This document shows, in pieces, positions 12,701-27,700 of a stretch of DNA of 64,000 bases. Each line of letters starts with the position of its first letter. The first letter of the stretch is position 1. The notes below the pieces were generated by a model. The model was given only the letters and a program-made list of their open reading frames with translations, did not search any database and was not told the DNA's origin. A program made the position numbers and the translations under genes. The stretch covers positions 868,001 to 932,000 of the forward strand of contig JAWMAR010000399.1 of assembly GCA_036785375.1 (NCBI GenBank), written 5' to 3'. The stretch is from Leucoraja ocellata (lineage: Eukaryota).

Positions 12701-15700
12701 GGTTTGATGATAGGAGGTGGTTGTTGATGCTTGGAGGGTTTGGTTTTGTATTTTGAAGCTTTTGACCAGCCATCTACCTTTGGGAGACACGAGAGGCTGC
12801 AGATGCCGGAAGCTTGAGCAAAAACCAAAGTGCTGGAGGAACTTAGCATGACAGGCAGTGTTTTGGGTCAGGACCCCTTCCTTCAGACCATAGGGCTTGG
12901 TGATGGGACTGTTGTCATTCGTTACATTCACTAATGGTGTGGATGTGAAGGCAGAAGGCGTGATCATTAAGGTGGCAGAGGTTTTGAAAATCAGTTGGGG
13001 TGTTGAGGTGAATATAGTCTTCAGCTCCAACACAATACTGAAGAGCTGGCAAGATGTGCGAACACCATTGGATTAGCAAGACACGAGTTCCCATAGACTG
13101 TTGGAAAGGATGGTGTACTGGCATCATATGCTTAGATATACTGGCATCAGGTCAATGGCTCCAAATGTACTAAGATTGCCAGGCGAAGTAGTTGAGGCAG
13201 ATACAATAGTAACGTTTAAAAGACATTTTAAAAGATACATAGATAGAAAATATTTAAAGGGATATGGGCCAAACAGTTCATATGGGAGTTTAAGAAGGAA
13301 CTGCAGATGCTGGAAATCGAAAGTACACAAAAAAGCTGGTGCAGCAGCATTCATATGGGATCTGCTTAGAAGGTGGACCAAAGGGATTGTTTCCATTCTC
13401 TGGGTTTCCTTGACTCTATGAGTGAAAAACCCAGCATGTTGGGAGGAAAGGGTGTGAATGAAAATCAAATGTTACCTCTGGCTCTTCTTATTCTATTTGG
13501 CCATTTTTTTTTAACATTTCTAAGACAAGGCTGAAGCGGAGAGAAATGGCATGCTACACTCTCCAAACACTACATCAGTTCACAGTTGGTGAAACCTATG
13601 TCCATTAGCAAGGAATTACTTCAAGATTCCCCAAGAAATCCCCATATCAAGTATAGTTTGCAAATAGTTAAATTAATATATATTTTCCATCTTACTAGGA
13701 TTCAGCATATACCAGAAATTTGCATATTTTTCAAGTAGTTAAATTACCACCAATAACTTCCTCCCAGTAATATTTTTGAAATATTTCTTCATGATGGCAT
13801 CAGTCACCATTTGTTCAGCAAGATCTTTTCCCCAGAATTTTCTTTCCTCACCATGGATCATGTCGCTACTCCCATAGATATCTGTGGTTGGTATTGTGTA
13901 TGTTCCACAACTCTTATTCTGTTGTCCTCATGTGAATATTTTTGTTTTTATAAAATCTAATAACACCCATTATGCACAAACACTAAAAAAACTTTCCATA
14001 AAAGTTTCTGTTGCAGTTATGGTCCATTTGAGATTAGCTCCTGGACTTACTTATTGGATTGTCTCTTATTTTCAGGACTGAAGGGAAGAATGGCCTCTCA
14101 TTTCTCCTCATCCCCGGACCCTGACTACTGTCGTCTAATACTCATGGAACCATGCAGCACGGATACAGGCCCTTTGGCCCAACTCATCTCTGCTGAGCAA
14201 GATTCCCATCTAAGCTAGACACCTTTGCCTGAATCCAAGTTTTGCTGGAACTCAATGAGTTGCCTAGACAAAAAAAGTTGAAAAATATAGCTGGAGTAAT
14301 TCTGGTGGTGAGACCTGTTGGGATGATGTATTATCGACTTGTGAATTAACACAGTGAAATAATGAACTACGCGTTCCTTCAGCATGTTACCTCCATCTTC
14401 CACCCATCTATTAAATCACATTTCATTTTGATAATGCATGCATTTCCACAATACTCACAGCCACATTCTTGCTGATAGCAGCAGTTGGAATGGTCATAAA
14501 CCTTTCTGGGTTGCAGTCCATTTTGACAAACCATTGGTTTAACACTTGGACATTTCACTGACTCCACGGAAACAGTATTATTCCCTTTGCATGTTGCCTT
14601 TGTGCAATTGTCCAAATTCCAAGTCTCATTCATCTGTGGTTCATGGAGGAGGGGGGGATGAACAATTGTAAGAAGTTAAGGCATTCACATAATCCCTGAG
14701 GCTGGAGAAGGAGTAAACATCTACCACCCAACCAGACCCGAATCTCATTGTGCCAAGAACCCATTGAGATCTGAGCCTTCAATTCCAGTAAGGTCAGAAA
14801 TAGTGCAGGGATGTGGCAGGGCAAAGAATCACATGGGGATGGTTAAGAGACCTTCAATATATTATGGGGGTGTTCCCTTAAAATATCTATACCATTTAGA
14901 CCCATAAATGTGACACTGGGATGAAAACCAATTAGCTCATTAAAGTCTTCTAAAGGCATGTGTGATAAGTCTAATAGGTCAAGAAACCCAATAAAGTTTA
15001 ATCGAGGATGACCAAAAATGATTTGATAGGAAAAGGATGGCAAAACATGCTGATATTTTTCGGGTTTAATAAAATCGGATGATCCCCATCACCCATGAGT
15101 ACTAAAAAACTTTCCTTAAAAGTTTCAGTGCCAGTTATGACGCACTTGAGATTAGCTCTTGAGATGAGCTCCTTTGGTTTTGGGGGAGGTGGACCTCAAT
15201 GATATTTCGAGAAGAGAGCGAAGCTATAGACGTTTGTAAGGGGAATGACAGAAAAATAGAAAGAATATCATGGAAGGGTTACATGGGGATTAGAAGACCA
15301 GGGACAGCCAGGGAGGAGATATTCAGTAAAGAAGGGAAAGGGGAGAAGCAATGAGCAGAGGGCCAGAATGTAGATGAACATATTTTATATCCCAGTAATC
15401 TGGGAATTCACTGGGTCCGGGGGAAACACTAAAACATGGGGTTTCATCGCATGCTGCGTCCGTTGCAGCAAAATCAAGAGCTTGAGCATCATATGTCACT
15501 GAGAGGCCCCTACAACATGTGGCTGGTAGACTGCACTGGGTGCGGAATGCATAGAGGAAATACTTTGCTTTGTCTTTGTCTGGGAATGAGTCCTGGTGGA
15601 CTGTAGGTGAGGTGCGCCCCATTCAGGGGAGGCTCGTCCACAGGTGGCCGGGGTGTTTGGGATTGGATGGCCTGGGACGAGGGAGGAGGGATAAGGCTGC

Positions 15701-18700
15701 GGGGGGTGGGGGTGTACTTTCCTGATCCACGGTGAAGGGGTTTGTATAGGGACTGGCAGTAGGGTTGGGTGGGAGAGGTGCTGTAAAGATTCATGAAGTA
15801 ATGAGATTTTAGAGGACTGATTGACTTGGGTTCCCAGCTGGTTGGGGAAGCATTTCCTCACAGCAGCTGCAACTTAGAACAGTCCGCTCCAGTTTGACAG
15901 GCAAAGTAATGCTGGATCAGCTGAGCGTTTGGGTGGCACGGTGGTGCAGCGGTAGATTGTTGACTTACAACGCCAGAGACCCCTGTTCGAACCTGACTAT
16001 GGGTGCTGTCTGTACGGAGTTTGTACGTTCTCCCCATGACCATGTGGGATTTCTCATGGTGCTCCAGTTCCCACCCACACTCCAAAGATGTACAGGTTTG
16101 TAGGTTAATTGGCTTTGGTAAAGAATGTAATTTATCTCTGGTGTGCAGGATAGTGTTAGTGTACGGGGTGTTTGCTGGTGGGTGCGGACTTGGTGGGCCT
16201 GTTTTGGTGCTGTATCTCTAAAACTAAAAACTAAAAATCAAATCGGCTTTTGGAAGTGCAGGGGAATAGACTTTGGATATGGATCATGTACAGGTAGTGA
16301 GAACATGGCATAATGTTTCGGCACTAACATTGGGGCCGAAGAGCTTGTTCCAATGCTGTATGTACTATTCTATGTTCTAAAGACCCCTGATGCCACGAGG
16401 ATACTCACAGCTCTCGGTGGGTGCAGGTCTGGGCAACCGATCACTGGTACTGTTGTTGTTGGTGCTGACGTGGTTGGTAAAACGGAAGTGGAGGCTTCAC
16501 ATGGTATGGTGTGCTTCACAACTTCACACTTAGATGTACATAACCCAATGTAACACCAGCCAGCTTTATCACTGGTAAAGTAAATCTTCTCTCCTGGAAA
16601 GAAAACAAAATACAATCTCCATAAGTCTCGACACACTGCACTAATTCAGTATTTAGGTTAAAAACACACTTGCCAGTGCTACATTTTTGGACAAACCACG
16701 GAAATTTATACATTGCTGCACAAACCTGTCATACAATGGTGTTGCTCACTGAGGCTCTTCTCACATCCGCAGTGATCTTTTCACATAGAACTGAATTTCT
16801 GGAATAAATCCGAGGTAGATGGTCTTCAAACCATATGCATGCATTTCAAGACCCCTTTTTGAATTTAGACAATGCAGGAAACTACTACAGGCTACATTAA
16901 TAAAGACCAAAAGGAACCAAAAAAATACCACAAATTGAAAGACGAAGTAAAAACAGAGAATTAAAGGAGAAAGCTAGCTTACAGTCTGACAGAAATACAG
17001 ATTGTACATTCGTTACAAAGAGGAGCACGGGTCACACCCTGCCTACTCCCTCTTCTCCCTCTGCCATCGGGCAAAAGGTATAGAAGTGAAAATGCACACC
17101 TTCAGATTCAGGGACAGCTTTCCAGCTGAATCATTCCACCACAGCCAGAGAGCAGTCCTGAATGACGATTCTCCTCATCGGTGACCCTCGGACTATCTTT
17201 GATTGGACTTTACTGGCTTTACTTTGCACTAAACGTTATTCCCTGATCATGTATCTGTACACTGTGAATGGTTCGATTGTAATCATGTATTGTCTTTCTG
17301 CAAACTGGTTAGGACACAACAAACGCTTTTCACTGTACCTCGGTACACGTGATAATATACTGAACTGAAGAAGAAAAATTGAATATTTTAACAAGCCACA
17401 GGTATTTGTGTGAGTGAACAAAGTGAGTGCACAGCAGCAAATGGTCAGGTCTGTGATTGCTTCGCTGGAAACACTGTTTGGTGTCTGCTTCTCTCTACCA
17501 GTTGATCAAGGGGAGATGAGGCCAAAATCAGGGGTCTGGGCTAACTTGGGCTAGTAGCACATGAACAAGAAAGCCTGGAGACATCCTCACACACAGGAAG
17601 ATTAGGACATTGTGGCATATTGATAAGAGGCCTGCTTCCACTGCTCTGGAACAGCTGTGTGGAAGACCTGTGAAAGACATAGACACTTGTACCAACGTTC
17701 GTATAGCGATTTGTACACATTCCCATGCTGAGCTTATACAGAGGTCTAACAAACGCATTCATGGACTGTGAAGCAAGCCATGTAAAGGACTGGACTATCA
17801 TTTCAATTATACAATTTAATGATTGATTTATACAGTCACATGTTATGAACAAGTGATACACTCACCTGCAGATATTACTTTCCCGTTGACTTTGCAGAAG
17901 CAGGTCGTTGAAGCTGTGGAACTGGCAGTTGTTGTCTGCGCTGTTGTGGTTGTAGCTGTACTGCGCTCGGTGATTGGAGAGATGTTTTCGCATTTTCTTG
18001 TATGTGTCACAATTTTGCAGCCCTCAGTGCACAGTATGTATTTGCAGAGGCCTGATTTATCTTCGGAACTCACAGTGGATTGCCCTGCATGTCAAAGCAA
18101 CAGGAATTATGCTTCATCAATGTGTTAGATGGATATAAAAATGAACAAAAGTCATATTTCAAGCAGGGAATACACTAGGAGTCACCCCTCATTCTGCAGA
18201 AACGACATCACCACTACATTGCCACTGATATTATTAACGCCAAAATGTTTCTTCAGCCCATACACTAGTTAGCTACTGTTAAACCCTGTGGATTTTGATG
18301 CTGTTTGCTGTCAAAATATATATAATATACAAAGACATGTACAAATATGTATTGGGCAATTCCTTTGCAAGGTTTGTAGACTGCTGTTGAACTGTGTTTT
18401 CTTCACCAGGCAAGCTCTATGCAATGGGAAGAGGACATCACAAACTAGAAAGAGCAGTGGGTCATTGGCAACACTGGAACCGCATCTCCACAGGACATGA
18501 GATGAAGGCCCAAGGAACTGCAGATTTTGGTTTACAAAAAAAGACTCAAAGTGTTGGAGTAACTCAGCGGGTCAGGCAGAATCTCTGGAGAACATGGATA
18601 TGTAACATTTCGGGTCAGGACTCTTATTCAGATGGATTGTGGTGGATTTTGGAGATGCAGACGTGTAGGCAAAGGTCAGAACGTGCAAGAGAAAAGGATT

Positions 18701-21700
18701 CATGAGTTGCGAATCGTGAGGCTAGAGGAAGAAATGTCAGTGGAAGTGGAAGTGGTAGAGATAAGTGCAAGTCTAGGTGAGGCACAAGCGATAGAGGGGG
18801 GGAAGAAAGTGGAAGTGGGGGGAGAAAGGGGAGGATGGGCAACGTGGTGGTGGTGGGGGGGGGGAACTTTTGTAGTTATCTAAATATGAGGAGATGACTA
18901 TTTCCCCAGAAAGTACGTGATCGGATATGTACAATTAACCTTGGAGATGGGAGGACAGATGTTTTCCCAAGCAAAATGTGTCTGTAATTATTTGCCATTC
19001 ATTGCCAATGAATGCTGCTGCCATTCTCAGCATGAGATCATGGATTACATCACAATCTGATGTTGCTGCTGAGAACAACTTGAAACAGTTCTATTCTGGC
19101 ACTATTTCTATTTTGGATGAACCCGTTGCCTGTGGCGCATCTGTAGAGGTTGGTGAGGGTTGTTGGGGACATGTCAAAATCCCAAGCCTTCTAAGGAAGT
19201 TATTGTTCATCCTTGGCTACTGCGTCATTGTGGCTGGTCCATGACAAAATGTTGAGGAATTAAGAACTTTAAAAAAAAAATCTTTAAAAAAAAATCTAGG
19301 ATAGAAATACATTTCTACAATTTGTTGTATCATCTGGTTGACATATGTATTGGAGCAACACAATCTGAGGCACTTTTAGAATTCAACTGCAGACAGCAAG
19401 AGTCATTGCACAAAATCTGTTTCTTTGCAACATGAATCTATGATAATTTATGATATTCCTTGCTATTTGTTTTACTGGCTTTATGATTCATGGCTTGTTA
19501 CCAGACTCAATGTTGTCTGTTCTGCTGGTGCCGGTCATTAAGGACAAAGCTGGTAAAGTAGGCAGACTAAATAATTACAGGCTTTAGCCAACATATTGTC
19601 AAAAGTCCTAGAAATAATTCTGCTGGATAGGTTAAATGAGTTAAATGAGATAACCAGTGTGGTATTAAAGCTAAACATGGCACTGACTTGTGTATATATG
19701 CCCTAAAGGAGATTGTAAACAAATATAGAGGTAAACACTCATCAATTCTTATGTGCTTTATTGATGCTTCCAAAGCCTTTGGTGATGTTAATCATGGAAT
19801 GCTCTTTGTAAAATTGAGTCACAGAGGGGTGCCTAAATACATTGTGAGAATTCTGGCTTACTGGTATGCCCACCAGACTATGCAAGTAAAATGGGGCAAT
19901 AGGGTCTCAGCCCCATTTGGGATGAGCACTGGTGTTAGACAAGGAGGAATTTTGTCCCTAGTCCTTTTTAATCTTTATATTGATGATGTGTCCAAGCAAT
20001 TGAAAGTCTGTGATACTGGGTGCATGATTGATAATACTTTAGTGAACCATATTATGTATATGCAGATGATCTTGTGGTCTTTAGTCCATCTAGCGCTGGT
20101 CTCCTGCAGCTCCTTACTATATGTTCTGTGTATGATGTGGAATATGATATCAAATATAATGCTGGTAAGAGTGCTGTTATGATCTGTAGATCCAAAGAGA
20201 GTAAATGTCTAAACTTTCCTGATTTTAAATTGTCTGACAATAATCTTAGTGTCTGTAATAAGGTCAAATATCTTGGGCATTTTATTACAGTACAAATGAC
20301 AAATGATAAGGATATTTATAAGCAACGTCATTTGCTGTATGTACAAGCGAGTATTCCCTTTCACAAGTTTGGTGCGTGTACAGATGTAGTGAAGATGTCT
20401 CTGTTCAGAGCATATTGTACACCACTTTATACTGCACACCTGTGGTCAAACTCCAGGGACTTAAAGTAGCGAATAATGATGTCATGAGAATACTACTAAA
20501 GAAACCTAGATGGTGTAGTGCAAGTCAAATGTTTGTGGCTGCAGGAGTCTGTACTTTACAAGCTATCCGAATAAATCATCTGTATCAATTTATTTGCAGG
20601 ATTTATGACTCCGAAAATGAAGTTATCTTGGTCTAATCAAACATAAGGTTTAGCACTACACTACCAATCCCAGCTGTGGACATTGGTATCGTTGTCTCAT
20701 TGTAGGACATGATCTTTCTTTTTATTCTGGATTTTAAATCATGTATTGCATTCTTGTGTATTATTTATAATGCTCTTATAAGTAATTTACTAAGCTTTTA
20801 TATGTATTTTATGGTGTTTTTATATGTAATGTATTCTGTGTAATGTCATCTTTTATCTGGACCTTGAGCCTGAAACAAAAGTTTAATTAGAAAATTAAAA
20901 TAATTTATGAATTAATTAATTGACACACTTACCAGGTAGCATTATTTGCCCGTCATTCTCACAGGTACATGTTGTAGTTCCTCTTGACGTTGGTGTTACT
21001 GTCACTGTTGTAGCTGATGTTGTGGTTTCTGCTGGTCTTGTTGTAGTTTCACATCTTCCTATGTACTTCAGAACTTCACAATCTTCAGTACACAGAGTAA
21101 AGTTACAGAGGCCTGATTTACCTGTAGACGTCACCGTTGCCTGACCTGGAGGCAAAGTAAAGAAAATCAGGTTGCGTACACCTGAAGGTGATGTAACTGA
21201 TAAATATCTTTATGTATGATGTTGAAGCTGGTTCATGTCTTTCACTTGGGAAATAAGTTTGAAATATGTGAATATGATTTTGCCGACTGCATCAAGGATC
21301 AGGATATTCTGAATCAAATCTGAGCAAACAGCATTGTCTGCATTTTTGGAGCTGGTTGGCAGCGATTCTTCTAGCTCTGTCATTAATGCAAACAAACACA
21401 ATTTTTTTCAACTGGGATGAATGGATACAAAATATGAAAATCAGTTTTCCTTGATGGTGTTTCACATTGGTAGCTTTTGGCCATCGGTGCTTTCAGAGAA
21501 CTGCTGGACTCAACATTTCCAGACATTTCCCAGATATAGTGATGGCTCCTTAAGGACCCATTTGCAGCTTAACATCAGTTCTCCATGGTACACAAAAATG
21601 CTGGCGAAACTCAGCGGGTGCAGCAGCATCTATGGAGCGAAGGAAATAGGTAACGTTTCGGGCCGAAACCCTTCCATATTCTCTTTCCAGAATCTATAAG

Positions 21701-24700
21701 TTTCACAATATTCTAAGATTCTTCTGAGATTTGTAACAACACCACTATGTAGACATACACACACTAGGAACAGGAATTGCCTCTCAAACCCTATCCATCA
21801 ATCATAATGTTATGCAGCATTAAAACTCATCCAAGATAACCTAATTGAATGTCCCATTTACCTGTTTTTGGCCCATAATCATTTGAACCTTAGTACACAG
21901 AGTAAAGTTACACAGCCCTGATTTACCGGCAGAAATCACCATTGCCTGACCTGGAGGCAAAGTAAACAAAATCAGGGTTTGTGAACCTGCGTGTTATATA
22001 ATCATAAAATATCTTTATCTCTACTGATGACGCTGGTTCATGCATTTCACTTAGTAAGTAAGTTTGAAATATGAGAATATTATTTTGCAGAATGCATCAA
22101 GGATCGGGACGTTCTGAACCACATCTGTGCAAGCACCAGGGTCTGGTTGTGAAGCATAGCATTTTGGGATTATGGATTTCTTTGTCTTTTCAATGTGAAT
22201 GGAAGAGCTCTGTGATAATTGACACACTTACCAGGGAGCATTTTTCGCCCGTCATTCTCACAGGTACATGTGGTAGTTGCTCTTGACGTTGGTGTTACTG
22301 TGACTGTTGTAGCTGATGTTGTAGTTTCTGTTGGTCTGGTTGTACTTTCACATCTTCCTGTGTACTCCAGAACTTTACAATCTTCAGTACACAGAACAAA
22401 GTTACAGAGGCCTGATTTACCTGTAGACGTCACAGTTGCCTGACCTGGAGGCAAAGAAAAGAAAATCAGGTTGTAATTTCAAAGTGTTTGCATCAACAAT
22501 CTAGAAATGATGTACATCCTTTGATAGTAGGCAGTGACTAGTGGGGTACCGCAAGGCTGAGTGCTGGGACCCCAGCTATTTACAATATATATTAATGATT
22601 TGGACGAGGGATTTGAATGCAACGTCTCCAATTTTTTGGATGACACTAAGCTCGGGGGCAGTGTTAGCTGTGTGGAGGATGCTAGAAGGCTGCAAGGTGA
22701 CTCGGATAGGCTGGGTGAGTGGGAAAATGCATGGCAGATGCGGTATAATGTGGATAAATGTGAGGTTATCCACTTTGATGGCAAAAACAGGAAAGCAGAC
22801 TGTTATCTAAATGGTGGCCGATTCGGAAAAGGAGAGATGCAACGAGACCTGGGTGTCATGGTACACCAGTCATTGAAAGTAGGCATGCAGGTGCAGCAGG
22901 CAGTGAAGAAAGTGAATGGTATGTTAGCATTCATAGCAAAATGATTTGAGTATAGGAGCAGGGAGGTTCTACTGCAGTTGTACAGGTCTTGGTGAGACCA
23001 CACCTGGAATATTGCGTACAGTTTTGGTCTCCAAATCTGAGGAAGGACATTATTGCCATAGAGGGAGTGCAGAGAAGGTTCATCAGACTAATTCCTGGGA
23101 TGTCAGGACTTTCATATGAAGAAAGTCTGGATAGACTCGGCTTGTACTCGCTAGAATTTAGGAGATTGAGGGGGGATCTTATAGAAACTTACAAAATTCT
23201 TAAGGGGTTGGACAGGCTAGATGCAGGAAGATTGTTCCCGATGTTGGGGAAGTCCAGGACAAGGGGTCACAGCTTAAGGATAAGGGGGAAATCCTTTAAA
23301 ACCGAGATGAGGAGAACTTTTTTCACACAGAGAGTGGTGAATCTCTGGAACTCTCTGCCACAGAGGGTAGATGAGGCCAGTTCATTGGCTATATTTAAGA
23401 GGGAGCTTGATGTGGCCCTTGTGGCTAAAGGGATCAGGGGGTATGGAGAGAAGGCAGGTACGGGATACTGAGTTGGATGATCAGCCATGATCATATTGAA
23501 TGGTGCTGCAGGCTCGAAGGGCAGAATGACCTACTCCTGCACCTAATTTTGTAAGTTTCTATGTTTTTATCAAACACAGTGTGTATTTTCATATCGTAGC
23601 TTGTGGCTGGCAGGCCTTGTATAAGGGAATTGCGGACAGAAGATAATACAGAAATCAGCAGAAGAGTGAGCGGCAATTGCAGTAAGGTTGCTCAGTTGCG
23701 TAGTTCATTTTTGGGCAGAAATAACTTTTTTCACGGGAGGCATGATCTGGCCCATAACAGAAACCATGGGCGGACCACAACATTTACAGTATAAAAGTGT
23801 AGGTCCACATAGTGAGCAAACCTCTCTGATCAATGCTGCTGTCAAGCACAATGTAGGGGTGTTGAACTTTATCGTAACATGATGTTGCATTTAAGGAGCA
23901 TTTGAGTCAAATATATCCTATTGCTCAGTGGTTGCAAGGAAGAAGCCTCTGGCGATTTTAAACTATTAAGAGCTTCATGCACATTAACTCAAATGGAAAA
24001 AACTAAGAAAGCAAAAATATTCTATAATTTATGTTGACATGTTTAGAACTGTGCATCAACTTCATAATTGGATGCATTTCTTGCTATCATCTGCACTTAG
24101 CAAGAGACAGAGGTAGGTTCCATAGATGCTGCCTCACCCGATGAGTTTCACCAGCATTTTTGTCTACCCAAGAGACAGCTGTAAAGCTCTTTCATTGAAA
24201 TGTGAACAGAAGAGCACTTTGATTACTGACACACTTACCTGGTGACATTATATGTCCGTTAACATCACATGAACAGATTGTAGTTCCTTTTGACGTTGGT
24301 GTTACTGTCACTATTGTAGCTGATGTTGTGGTTTCTGCTGGTCTGGTTGTAGTTTCACATCTTCCTGTGTACTTCAGAATTTCACAATCCTCAGTACACA
24401 GAGTAAAGTTACAGAGGCCTGATTTACCTGTAGAAGTCACAGTTGCCTGACCTGGAGGTAAAGAAAAACAAATCAGGTTTTGTCCACCTGAAGGTGATGA
24501 AACTGATGACTATCTTTATGTATGATGTTGAAGTTGGATCATGTCTTTCACTTGGGAAATAAGTTTGAAATATCAGAATATTATTTCGCAGAATGCATCA
24601 AGGATCGGGACGTTCTGAACCACATCTGTGCAAGCACCAGGGTCTGGTTGTGAAGCATAACATTTTGGTAAAGCTGGTTGCTGCTGACAGGCTGTGTAAA

Positions 24701-27700
24701 AGGGAATTGTAGAGAGAATGTAAGAGCACAATACAGGAATCAGCAGACGATTACTTGACAACTGCAGAACGGATACTCAGTTGAATGATTCATTATTGCG
24801 AGGAGATGGCAATGTCTCCTGAAGGTGCGTGATCAGGCGTGTACAATTAACCTTGCAAATGGGTGGACATACGTTGTCCCAATGAAAAGCAAGTGTGTGA
24901 TTATTTGCCATCCATTGTCAATCAATGCTGCTGCCATTTTCAGCTTTGGGATTATGGATTTCTTTGTCTTTTCAATGTGAATGGAAGAGCTCTGTGATAA
25001 TTGACACACTTACCAGGGAGCATTTTTTGCCCGTCATTCTCACAGGTACATGTGGTAGTTGCTCTTGACGTTGGTGTTACTGTCACTGTTGTAGCTGATG
25101 TTGTAGTTTCTGTTGGTCTGGTTGTACTTTCACATCTTCCTGTGTACTTCAGAACTTTACAATCTTCAGTACACAGAACAAAGTTACAGAGGCCTGATTT
25201 ACCTGTAGACGTCACAGTTGCCTGACCTGGAGGCAAAGAAAAGAAAATCAGGTTGTAATTTCAAAGTGTTTGCATCAACAATCTAGAAATGATGTACATC
25301 CTTTGATAGTAGGCAGTGACTAGTGGGGTACCGCAAGGCTGAGTGCTGGGACCCCAGCTATTTACAATATATATTAATGATTTGGACGAGGGATTTGAAT
25401 GCAACGTCTCCAATTTTTTGGATGACACTAAGCTCGGGGGCAGTGTTAGCTGTGTGGAGGATGCTAGAAGGCTGCAAGGTGACTCGGATAGGCTGGGTGA
25501 GTGGGAAAATGCATGGCAGATGCGGTATAATGTGGATAAATGTGAGGTTATCCACTTTGATGGCAAAAACAGGAAAGCAGACTGTTATCTAAATGGTGGC
25601 CGATTCGGAAAAGGAGAGATGCAACGAGACCTGGGTGTCATGGTACACCAGTCATTGAAAGTAGGCATGCAGGTGCAGCAGGCAGTGAAGAAAGTGAATG
25701 GTATGTTAGCATTCATAGCAAAATGATTTGAGTATAGGAGCAGGGAGGTTCTACTGCAGTTGTACAGGTCTTGGTGAGACCACACCTGGAATATTGCGTA
25801 CAGTTTTGGTCTCCAAATCTGAGGAAGGACATTATTGCCATAGAGGGAGTGCAGAGAAGGTTCATCAGACTAATTCCTGGGATGTCAGGACTTTCATATG
25901 AAGAAAGTCTGGATAGACTCGGCTTGTACTCGCTAGAATTTAGGAGATTGAGGGGGGATCTTATAGAAACTTACAAAATTCTTAAGGGGTTGGACAGGCT
26001 AGATGCAGGAAGATTGTTCCCGATGTTGGGGAAGTCCAGGACAAGGGGTCACAGCTTAAGGATAAGGGGGAAATCCTTTAAAACCGAGATGAGGAGAACT
26101 TTTTTCACACAGAGAGTGGTGAATCTCTGGAACTCTCTGCCACAGAGGGTAGATGAGGCCAGTTCATTGCCTATATTTAAGAGGGAGCTTGATGTGGCCC
26201 TTGTGGCTAAAGGGATCAGGGGGTATGGAGAGAAGGCAGGTACGGGATACTGAGTTGGATGATCAGCCATGATCATATTGAATGGTGCTGCAGGCTCGAA
26301 GGGCAGAATGACCTACTCCTGCACCTAATTTTGTAAGTTTCTATGTTTTTATCAAACACAGTGTGTATTTTCATATCGTAGCTTGTGGCTGGCAGGCCTT
26401 GTATAAGGGAATTGCGGACAGAAGATAATACAGAAATCAGCAGAAGAGTGAGCGGCAATTGCAGTAAGGTTGCTCAGTTGCGTAGTTCATTTTTGGGCAG
26501 AAATAACTTTTTTCACGGGAGGCATGATCTGGCCCATAACAGAAACCATGGGCGGACCACAACATTTACAGTATAAAAGTGTAGGTCCACATAGTGAGCA
26601 AACCTCTCTGATCAATGCTGCTGTCAAGCACAATGTAGGGGTGTTGAACTTTATCGTAACATGATGTTGCATTTAAGGAGCATTTGAGTCAAATATATCC
26701 TATTGCTCAGTGGTTGCAAGGAAGAAGCCTCTGGCGATTTTAAACTATTAAGAGCTTCATGCACATTAACTCAAATGGAAAAAACTAAGAAAGCAAAAAT
26801 ATTCTATAATTTATGTTGACATGTTTAGAACTGTGCATCAACTTCATAATTGGATGCATTTCTTGCTATCATCTGCACTTAGCAAGAGACAGAGGTAGGT
26901 TCCATAGATGCTGCCTCACCCGATGAGTTTCACCAGCATTTTTGTCTACCCAAGAGACAGCTGTAAAGCTCTTTCATTGAAATGTGAACAGAAGAGCACT
27001 TTGATTACTGACACACTTACCTGGTGACATTATATGTCCGTTAACATCACATGAACAGATTGTAGTTCCTTTTGACGTTGGTGTTACTGTCACTATTGTA
27101 GCTGATGTTGTGGTTTCTGCTGGTCTGGTTGTAGTTTCACATCTTCCTGTGTACTTCAGAATTTCACAATCCTCAGTACACAGAGTAAAGTTACAGAGGC
27201 CTGATTTACCTGCAGAAGTTACAGTTGCCTGACCTGGAGGTAAAGAAAAACAAATCGGGTTTTGTCCTCCTGAAGGTGATGAAACTGATGACTATCTTTA
27301 TGTATGATGTTGAAGTTGGATCATGTCTTTCACTTGGGAAATAAATTTGAAATATCAGAATATTATTTCGCAGAATGCATCAAGGATCGGGACGTTCTGA
27401 ACCACATCTGTGCAAGCACCAGGGTCTGGTTGTGAAGCATAACATTTTGGTAAAGCTGGTTGCTGCTGACAGGCTGTGTAAAAGGGAATTGTAGAGAGAA
27501 TGTAAAAGCACAATACAGGAATCAGCAGACGATTACTTGACAACTGCAGAACGGATACTCAGTTGCATGATTCATTATTGCGAGGAGATGGCAATGTCTC
27601 CTGAAGGTGCGTGATCAGGCGTGTACAATTAACCTTGCAAATGGGTGGACATACGTTGTCCCAATGAAAAGCAAGTGTGTGATTATTTGTCATCCATTGT

